Of a stretch of DNA of 64,000 nt, positions 56,989 to 64,000 are shown piece by piece (position 1 is the stretch's first letter; each line of letters starts with the position of its first letter). Location of the stretch: positions 1,102 to 65,101 of the forward strand of contig JBJOIV010000002.1 of NCBI GenBank assembly GCA_046046955.1, in the 5' to 3' direction. This DNA comes from Bacteroidota bacterium. Its GTDB lineage: Bacteria; Bacteroidota; Bacteroidia; Cytophagales; Spirosomataceae. The notes under the pieces are model-generated. The model did no database searches. It was not told the origin of the DNA and was given only the letters and a program-made list of their open reading frames with translations. The translations under genes and the position numbers were made by a program.

Positions 56989-59178
56989 ATGCGTTACCTG
57001 TTCCTTTTCATCTCTTTCTGTAGTTTTTCGCAGGAGGTTTTTAGTCCCCTTGTCCCACGGAAAGAGTTTCAGCCGTTGAAGATTGAGCGTGCTTTGAAAG
57101 CAGATGGTAACTTGGATGAAGTGGAGTGGTCTAACGCTCCTTCTTTAGGGGTAGATTTTCAAGTGGAGCCTTTTCAAGGAAATAAGGCGTCCTTCTCCTC
57201 GCAGGTGAAAATGCTATACAATCAGCAATTTCTGTATGTGGCTGCCATTTTAAAAGATACGATAGGGAAGAATGGGTACCGAGCGCCGAACTTAAAACGC
57301 GATTACCAATTCGTTGAGAATGATCTATTTGGAATTGCTATTGATGGGTTTAATGATAAGCGTAATGCTATCGTATTACAGTCGAATGCCTATGGTGCTC
57401 AAAGAGATCTATTGGCGTTTGATGATCGACAATTTGACATAGATTGGGATGGTTTGTACCGTGTCAGAACGCAACGTTCTGATTCTTCTTGGGTAGCAGA
57501 ATTTGCGATTCCTTGGCAAACACTACGGTATCCTAAAACAGATGGAACAAAAGCGCAAGATTGGGGTATTAATTTCTTTCGAGTGAGACGAGCTAGCAAT
57601 GAATTAGCCGTTTGGTCTCCGCATCCGCGTTCTATGAGTCCCTTGCGTATGGATTATGCGGGTAAGTTAACGGGGATTATTCCTCCTCCTCCCACAGGCA
57701 CTAATATTCGTTTTATTCCCTATTTATTGCAGGTTTCGAATAATTCGGAGGGTACTGAAATCGGAAATGCATCGACAAGTGACTTTAAACTTGGAGGCGA
57801 AATTAAGTGGGCCATCAGTCCTACTTCTATTATGGACTTCACCTTTAATACGGATTTTGCCCAAGCAGATGTGGATCGACAGGTAAATAATATTTCTCGT
57901 TTTTCTGTCTTCTTCCCAGAACGTCGTCAGTTTTTTTTAGAGAATGCGTCACTCTTTTCTGCTGGTTTAGCACCCGTTAACGAGGTGGTGGGCGGTTCGA
58001 TGTATATTCAGCCCTTCTTTAGCCGTACGATTGGTTTAGATCAAAATGTGAATCCCATTGCGATCACAGCTGGGACAAGGTTTGTGTATCGATCGGAGAA
58101 AAGAAATTTTGGAGGAATTTATATGCGCCAAGGTGAGGGAGATGGTGATCCTTTTACGAATTTTTTAGTGGGTCGATATTCGGAGAATTTTGGCAAACAA
58201 AACAGGATAGGAGCGATTGTTACGACTAAATCATCGCCTTCAAATGTGGCTACCACTGGAGCAGTAGATGCCTTTATTCGCTTCAATGATAAATTGTCCT
58301 TCAGTGGTATGGGTACCATGACGCAGGATTCTAGGAATAGTAAACAGGGATTTGCGGAGTATGGACAATTTCTTTATAAAGACAATTTGGTCACGCTGTA
58401 TTGGACACATACCTTGGTTTCGGATGATTATAATCCTGAAATGGGATTTGTTTCAAGGAAAAATGTGCTGTCTAATTCTCAGGGTGTCGATTTTAATGTG
58501 CGAGGAAAATGGTTGCCTAAATTTATTCGATTTTGGCAGCCTGGTGTTTATACGGAGGTATACCACAGTCTAAAGACCGGAAATATTGTGGAACAAAAAT
58601 TGGTTTCTGGTCCCTTATGGTTTAATCTTCAGAATGGGGGTATTATAGGGGGGTATATTGACGCGAGTGTTCAAAACTTGGAAGAAGATTTTAGTCCAGT
58701 GGGTATTCGCATTAAACCAGGTTCTTATTCCTATTTTAGAAAGGGTTTTTTGCTAGCGAGTGATCCCAGTGCAAAATACTCCGGTTCTACGGAATATGGC
58801 TGGGGTGGATTTTTTGATGGAACCTTACAAATGATTGATTCTAAGTTTCGGGTGGCGCCCATCCCACACGTGAATTTGGGTTTATCGTGGAACTGGAGCA
58901 AATTTGAAAACGTGGGAGTGGCTCAAGAGACGAAAGAAGTGAACTTATTGATTTTGGAGACTCGAATGGCGATCAATCCGCGTTTGCAATTAATCGGCTT
59001 CTATCAGAAAAATACGACTGATAATTTGAATTCAGTGAATATGCGATTGGCTTGGGAATACCAGCCCTTGTCTTATGTTTATCTCGTATTTAATACCTTG
59101 AATTACCAAGGATCCGATAGCACCCAACAGAAGCAACAAAGTTTTTTAGCTAAATTGTCCTTTCTAAAGCAATTCTAA
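56989..59178 (+). CDS. CBM9-like plus DUF5916 outer-membrane protein
   Basis: DG.LDE.EW, W.AEFAIPW..LRY, NTDFAQADVD and PERRQFFLE motifs. Confidence 0.85.
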   Translation: MRYLFLFISFCSFSQEVFSPLVPRKEFQPLKIERALKADGNLDEVEWSNAPSLGVDFQVEPFQGNKASFSSQVKMLYNQQFLYVAAILKDTIGKNGYRAPNLKRDYQFVENDLFGIAIDGFNDKRNAIVLQSNAYGAQRDLLAFDDRQFDIDWDGLYRVRTQRSDSSWVAEFAIPWQTLRYPKTDGTKAQDWGINFFRVRRASNELAVWSPHPRSMSPLRMDYAGKLTGIIPPPPTGTNIRFIPYLLQVSNNSEGTEIGNASTSDFKLGGEIKWAISPTSIMDFTFNTDFAQADVDRQVNNISRFSVFFPERRQFFLENASLFSAGLAPVNEVVGGSMYIQPFFSRTIGLDQNVNPIAITAGTRFVYRSEKRNFGGIYMRQGEGDGDPFTNFLVGRYSENFGKQNRIGAIVTTKSSPSNVATTGAVDAFIRFNDKLSFSGMGTMTQDSRNSKQGFAEYGQFLYKDNLVTLYWTHTLVSDDYNPEMGFVSRKNVLSNSQGVDFNVRGKWLPKFIRFWQPGVYTEVYHSLKTGNIVEQKLVSGPLWFNLQNGGIIGGYIDASVQNLEEDFSPVGIRIKPGSYSYFRKGFLLASDPSAKYSGSTEYGWGGFFDGTLQMIDSKFRVAPIPHVNLGLSWNWSKFENVGVAQETKEVNLLILETRMAINPRLQLIGFYQKNTTDNLNSVNMRLAWEYQPLSYVYLVFNTLNYQGSDSTQQKQQSFLAKLSFLKQF

Positions 59179-59179
59179 T

Positions 59180-60193
59180 ATGATGATTGAATTACGCAGT
59201 GATACGTTTACATTACCCACTCCTGGTATGCGCGAAGCCATGTTTTCGGCTCCTTTAGGGGATGATGTTTTTGGAGAGGATCCTACAGTAAATGCGTTAG
59301 AGGAGAAAATGGCAAAGCTTTTCAACAAGGAAGCTGCGCTTTTTTGTGTGTCTGGAACGCAGACAAATCAAATTGCTATTTCGGTTCATGTCTCTAAAGG
59401 TCAAGAAGTTATCTGCGACGAGTTATCGCATATCTATTTGTATGAGGGCGGTGGTATCATGGCAAATGCCGGTGCTTCAGTAAAGCTATTAAAAGGGGAT
59501 TTAGGTCGCTTAAACGTATCTCAGATCCGAGCAGCTATTTCGCCAGATGACATTCACGCCTGCGAAAGTCGTTTAGTTAGTTTAGAAAATACAGTTAATA
59601 AAGGTGGTGGAAGTATTTATACATCTGAAGCCTTACAAGAGATATCTGATTTTTGTCGTTCCGTTAACATTCCCCTCCACTTAGATGGGGCACGTATCTT
59701 TAATGCGATGGTTGAAACGGGTCAAACTCCGGCTCAATTCGGTGCTTGGTTTGATACCCTTTCTGTTTGTCTTTCCAAAGGTTTAGGCGCACCTGTAGGT
59801 TCTATTTTATTAGGATCTAATGAATTTATCAAAAAAGCGCGTCGTGTTAGAAAACGTTTAGGTGGTGGATGGCGTCAAGCAGGATTATTAGCGGCGGCTG
59901 GTATTTATGCATTGGATCATCAAGTAGAGCGTTTGAAGGAAGACCATGCGAGAGCACGTCAGATAGCAGCGGTTTGCGAAAGATTACCTTGGGTGAAAGC
60001 GATACTTCCTGTTTCTACTAATATCGTTATTCTTGAATTGCAAGACGGTTTGTCATCTGCAACAAAGGTGGCCGAGTTAAAAGAAAAGGGTATTTATTGT
60101 GCCCCTTTTGGCCCTACTTATGTGCGTTTTGTCACACATTTAGGATTTGATGATGCGGCACTTCAGGCTTTTTTAGAAAGAATCAAAGAGTAA
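59180..60193 (+). CDS. ltaE: Low-specificity L-threonine aldolase
   Basis: LRSDT, GDDVFGEDPT, HLDGAR and SKGLGAP motifs. Confidence 0.95.
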   Translation: MMIELRSDTFTLPTPGMREAMFSAPLGDDVFGEDPTVNALEEKMAKLFNKEAALFCVSGTQTNQIAISVHVSKGQEVICDELSHIYLYEGGGIMANAGASVKLLKGDLGRLNVSQIRAAISPDDIHACESRLVSLENTVNKGGGSIYTSEALQEISDFCRSVNIPLHLDGARIFNAMVETGQTPAQFGAWFDTLSVCLSKGLGAPVGSILLGSNEFIKKARRVRKRLGGGWRQAGLLAAAGIYALDHQVERLKEDHARARQIAAVCERLPWVKAILPVSTNIVILELQDGLSSATKVAELKEKGIYCAPFGPTYVRFVTHLGFDDAALQAFLERIKE

Positions 60194-60232
60194 AATTCCT
60201 GCTGATTTGCCTTCTATTAGAAATCAATTCTT

Positions 60233-60547
60233 ATGCAGCGAAAGGCGTTTAAAATGTATTTGTTACCCGGTAATTCGGTGGAATACAAAAAGCGACATGA
60301 CGAGATTTGGCCTGAATTAGCCGAATTACTTCATCAAGTCGGGATTCAAAATTATTCCATTTTCCTGGACGAAAGCACTCGTACCTTGTATGGTTATTTA
60401 GAGGCTCCAGAGTTAAGTGCTTTAGAATCTTTGCCTGCAAAAGAAATAATGAAGCGTTGGTGGGCCTATATGGCTGATATTATGGAAACGAATGCGGATC
60501 ATTCTCCGGTTGCGATTGATTTAACTCCTGTCTTTTATTTAGCCTAA
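60233..60547 (+). CDS. rhaM: L-rhamnose mutarotase
   Basis: EYKKRHDEIWPEL, NYSIFL and WW.YMADIM motifs. Confidence 0.95.
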   Translation: MQRKAFKMYLLPGNSVEYKKRHDEIWPELAELLHQVGIQNYSIFLDESTRTLYGYLEAPELSALESLPAKEIMKRWWAYMADIMETNADHSPVAIDLTPVFYLA

Positions 60548-61638
60548 TGAAGAAGCTCCTATTTTTATTAATTCCTTTTGTTGCATTATCAGCAAAGCCC
60601 GATCGAGCCGTAGTTTTGAAGCATATGCATTTGGCGAAATCTTATTTTCAAGGTGTTTGGCCTGACGTGACGAAGGTGATTGTGAGTCCGGACAAGACGC
60701 GCCCTTCGAACATTTGGACAAGAGCTGTTTTTTACGAAGGCTTAATGGAATTATATAAGTTAGACCCTCGTGCCTCAGACTTGAAATACATGGAGGATTG
60801 GGGTGAATTTCATCATTGGTCTTTGCGAAATGGCTTGAAAACCAGGAATGCTGACGACCAAGCCTGCGGGCAAGTGTATTTAGATTTGTTTGATTTGAAG
60901 GCAGATTCTGCACGAATCAAACCGATTAAAGAGAATATAGACAACATGGTTGCGACTGAAAAGTCCAATGACTGGTCTTGGATCGATTGTCTTCAAATGA
61001 GTATGCCCGTTTTCACTCGTTTAGGCGTACGATTTAAAGATGATCGTTATTTTACCAAAATGCATGATTTATACACCGATACAAAGGTGAAATTATACAA
61101 TCAGCAGGAGCACTTATGGTGGCGCGATAAAGATTTCATTCCGCCGTATAAAGAGCCAAACGGTACGAATTGTTATTGGTCTCGGGGAAATGGATGGGTT
61201 TTTGCTGCATTAGCGAGAACCTTAGATTTGATGCCTGCGAATGCGCCACATCGAGCAGAATATGTGAAAGATTTCCAAGATATGGCTGCAGCTTTATTGT
61301 CTTTGCAGCGTAAGGATGGGTTTTATAACGTAAGCTTAACCGATGAGTCAAATTACGGTGGACCTGAACTCACAGGAACTGCTTTATTCGTTTATGGCAT
61401 GTCCTGGGGAATACGCCAAGGTATATTACCGGAATCAAAATACCAGAAGTCGGTAGATAAAGGCTGGAAGGCTATTGATTCCTGTGTTCAACCCTCTGGT
61501 TTCTTGGCTTACGTACAAGGAACAGGTAAAGAGCCTAAAGACGGTCAACCAGTTACGAAGACTTCGGTTCCTAATTTTGAGGACTTCGGTGCAGGATGTT
61601 ATTTGTTAGCGGGGTCAGAGATCTTAAAGGCGAAATAG
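60547..61638 (+). CDS. Glycoside hydrolase family 105/88
   Basis: NADDQACG, WIDCLQM, WSRGNGW and ELTGTA motifs. Confidence 0.9.
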   Translation: MKKLLFLLIPFVALSAKPDRAVVLKHMHLAKSYFQGVWPDVTKVIVSPDKTRPSNIWTRAVFYEGLMELYKLDPRASDLKYMEDWGEFHHWSLRNGLKTRNADDQACGQVYLDLFDLKADSARIKPIKENIDNMVATEKSNDWSWIDCLQMSMPVFTRLGVRFKDDRYFTKMHDLYTDTKVKLYNQQEHLWWRDKDFIPPYKEPNGTNCYWSRGNGWVFAALARTLDLMPANAPHRAEYVKDFQDMAAALLSLQRKDGFYNVSLTDESNYGGPELTGTALFVYGMSWGIRQGILPESKYQKSVDKGWKAIDSCVQPSGFLAYVQGTGKEPKDGQPVTKTSVPNFEDFGAGCYLLAGSEILKAK

Positions 61639-61700
61639 TATATTATTAATAGCGTGTAGGATTTTTTTTCTATATTTGCCGTTCAATCAATTCAAACACG

Positions 61701-62249
61701 ATGAAAAAACTTATTATCGGTTCTCTGGTAGGCGGCTTACTTATCTTTATTTGGCAGACTCTATCGCATGTAGCTTTCAATTTACATGAACCTGTTCAGC
61801 AATACACAGCCAAGCAAGATTCTATCCTAACTTATTTGAACAAACAGGAATTAGCTCCTGGTGGCTATATTTTACCTCGAATGAGTCACAATCAATCGAT
61901 GGAAGAGTTAGAAGGTTTTACTAAATCGATCGCTGGAAAACCTTGGGCTCGTGTAATCTTTTATCCTTCTTACAAAACAGATATGACCATGAATATGATT
62001 CGTGGTTTCGTTTTAGACGTTTTTATGGTCTTTTTATTGGTTTGGATCATCTCTAAACTTAAAATCCCTAGACGATCTACGATTGTAGGGGTTTCCGTAG
62101 TGATTGGCTTGATCGCCTTTTGCAATACCTCCTATACCGAACACATATGGTACCCGGTGTACGATTTACGCGCTCAATTAATTGATGCTGTAGTCGCTTG
62201 GGGGCTATGTGGCTTCTGGTTGAGTCGGTATTTTGGCCAAAAAAATTAA
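61701..62249 (+). CDS. Hypothetical membrane protein
   Basis: About four TM segments; TATATTTG promoter motif at 61671. Confidence 0.75.
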   Translation: MKKLIIGSLVGGLLIFIWQTLSHVAFNLHEPVQQYTAKQDSILTYLNKQELAPGGYILPRMSHNQSMEELEGFTKSIAGKPWARVIFYPSYKTDMTMNMIRGFVLDVFMVFLLVWIISKLKIPRRSTIVGVSVVIGLIAFCNTSYTEHIWYPVYDLRAQLIDAVVAWGLCGFWLSRYFGQKN

Positions 62250-62252
62250 TTC

Positions 62253-62277
62253 AAAGGCTCCATCTGGAGCCTTTTTT
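62253..62277 (+). terminator. Intrinsic terminator
   Basis: AAAGGCTCCA-tc-TGGAGCCTTT plus TTT. Confidence 0.8.
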
Positions 62278-62309
62278 CTTATCTTGCTTCTTCATAATTC
62301 TATTATTCC

Positions 62310-63695
62310 ATGAAAATTAAACATCTCATTATCGGATTGTTCGCGACTTTGTCTTTACAATCTGCCTTTGCACAAGATTATCCAACGGATTATTTAACTC
62401 CTGAATTTCACGCAGGTAGACGTGCAGCCTTTAAAGAGAAAATGTCTGATAAAGGCGTCGGTATCTTTTTTGCCTCTCAAACTCGTCAACGTAGCAACGA
62501 CACGGAGTTTCAATATGCTCAAAACAAGAACTTCTATTATTTAACAGGTCTAGAGGAGCCTAACGCTGTTTTATTGCTTTTCAAGCAACCAGTTACCTTA
62601 TTAGGAAAGACGGGAACAGAATTTATTTTTGTCCAAAACCGCGATCCATTCAAGGAGCTTTGGACCGGTAGGATTCTAGGAACGGATGGTTTCAAGGCGA
62701 AGAGCAAAATGGAAAACGTATTCATTAATGACCAGTTTAATGCCTCGTCTATTTCCTTAGCGGGCGTTGACTCCGTTTATACCTTGTACCGCACAGAAGG
62801 AATCTTTGCAAAATACCAGGCAAAACCTGATCCACTAACTCGCATGGCCTCATTGGTGGATAGTTTAGTGATTTCATCCGCAAAGCCTTTGGCCTCTAAA
62901 ACTACCTTAAATACCTTACGTGCTTTACGTGGAATTAAGCAACCTGAAGAGATTGCCTTAATTCAAAAAGCAGCTTCTATCAGTGTTTTAGGGCATAATG
63001 ATGTGATGCGTGCCATTAAACCGGGGATGAAAGAATTCCAAGCTCAAGCCATTATGGAATACCATTTCAAGAATGCAGGCTCGGAATATCCAGGTTATAA
63101 CAGTATTAATGGGGCGGCAGAAAATGCTTGCGTTCTTCACTACATCACGAATTTGAAAACAGTCAAAGAGGGCGATCTATTGTTGAGCGATTGTGCTGCG
63201 GAATACCATGGTTATTCAGCTGATGTTACGCGTACAGTTCCAGCTAATGGTAAGTTTACAGAAGCCCAAAAAGCCTTATATGAAATCGTTTTAGCTGCTC
63301 AGGATGCAGGTATTGCAGCTTGTAAGGCAGGAGCCCCCTTTGCAGATATAGATGCAGCTTCTCGTGCAGTGGTAAATGCAGGTTTAATTAAACTGGGTAT
63401 TGCAGCCAATGAGAAAGAAGCGCGTACGTATTTCCCTCACGGAACATCACATCACTTAGGATTAGATGTGCATGACTTAGGACCTCGCGTCTTAGCAGCA
63501 GGTGTTGTCGTAACAGTGGAACCAGGTATTTACATTCCTGCAGGAAGTAAATGCGATAAGAAATGGTGGAACATCGGTATCCGTATCGAAGATGATATTT
63601 TGATCACAGAGACAGGGAATGTGAATCTTTCCAATGGTTCTCCAAGATCCGTAGCAGAAATCGAAAAGATGGCCGCTCAGAAATCAATTTTTTAA
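62310..63695 (+). CDS. Xaa-Pro aminopeptidase (M24B) with signal peptide
   Basis: FYYLTG, VLHY, ADVTRT, HHLGLDVHD, VEPGIY and RIEDD motifs. Confidence 0.93.
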   Translation: MKIKHLIIGLFATLSLQSAFAQDYPTDYLTPEFHAGRRAAFKEKMSDKGVGIFFASQTRQRSNDTEFQYAQNKNFYYLTGLEEPNAVLLLFKQPVTLLGKTGTEFIFVQNRDPFKELWTGRILGTDGFKAKSKMENVFINDQFNASSISLAGVDSVYTLYRTEGIFAKYQAKPDPLTRMASLVDSLVISSAKPLASKTTLNTLRALRGIKQPEEIALIQKAASISVLGHNDVMRAIKPGMKEFQAQAIMEYHFKNAGSEYPGYNSINGAAENACVLHYITNLKTVKEGDLLLSDCAAEYHGYSADVTRTVPANGKFTEAQKALYEIVLAAQDAGIAACKAGAPFADIDAASRAVVNAGLIKLGIAANEKEARTYFPHGTSHHLGLDVHDLGPRVLAAGVVVTVEPGIYIPAGSKCDKKWWNIGIRIEDDILITETGNVNLSNGSPRSVAEIEKMAAQKSIF

Positions 63696-63713
63696 ATTAA
63701 ACCTTTATCAATC

Positions 63714-64000
63714 ATGTCAACAGCTAAAAAATTACTTGTTTTCCTTTTTGTAGGATTATTTATATCATCTTTTAGTTCTTATGCTTCCGATAATCCAGAT
63801 GCGATTGTTGGTGTTTGGAAAACAGGCGAGGGAACTGCTATGGTGAAGATTTATAAGAATGGAAATAAATACCAGGGTAGGGTAGTTTGGTTAAAAGAAC
63901 CAATCGATCCTGAGACGGGAAAGCCTAAATTAGATAAGAATAACGAAGATCCTGCGGCTAAATCTAAACCCGTATTAGGTTTAATTAATATTTGGGGCTT
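63714..64000 (+). CDS. DUF2147-domain protein, 3'-truncated by the window edge
   Basis: Manual translation: signal peptide, IVGVWKT, VKIYK, YQGRVVWL, LDKNNEDP and PVLGL. Confidence 0.8.
   Translation, partial: MSTAKKLLVFLFVGLFISSFSSYASDNPDAIVGVWKTGEGTAMVKIYKNGNKYQGRVVWLKEPIDPETGKPKLDKNNEDPAAKSKPVLGLINIWG

Overview
64 kb of core chromosome from a streamlined Bacteroidota genome, probably Cytophagales (Aquirufa-like; inferred from gene content, TAnnTTTG promoters and very tight gene packing). It holds about 50 CDS: purL, truA, radA, pheS, dnaJ/grpE, queG, mnmA, mnmE, hemF, menC, lpxK, PBP1A, an AddB-like nuclease, amtB/P-II, kduI, miaA, rsmI, ltaE, rhaM, GH20, two GH105 enzymes and a hybrid two-component system. 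There is one tRNA-Ser(TGA). I found no integrase, transposase, rRNA or CRISPR array. The main unexplained structure is a composite non-coding element found at four intergenic sites (about 5.05-5.27, 14.41-14.57, 42.82-43.11 and 46.38-46.54 kb). Each site has a perfect 15-24 bp inverted repeat, one arm of which contains the last codons and stop of the adjacent gene. This is followed directly by phased 7-bp tandem arrays (YA[A/G/T]AGNN). Three of the four sites also carry an opposing inverted array, and several hairpins have C-GNA-G triloops. A second item is an AT-rich lipoprotein-HExxH gene plus partner gene at 17.5-19.3 kb that resembles a polymorphic effector/immunity cassette.
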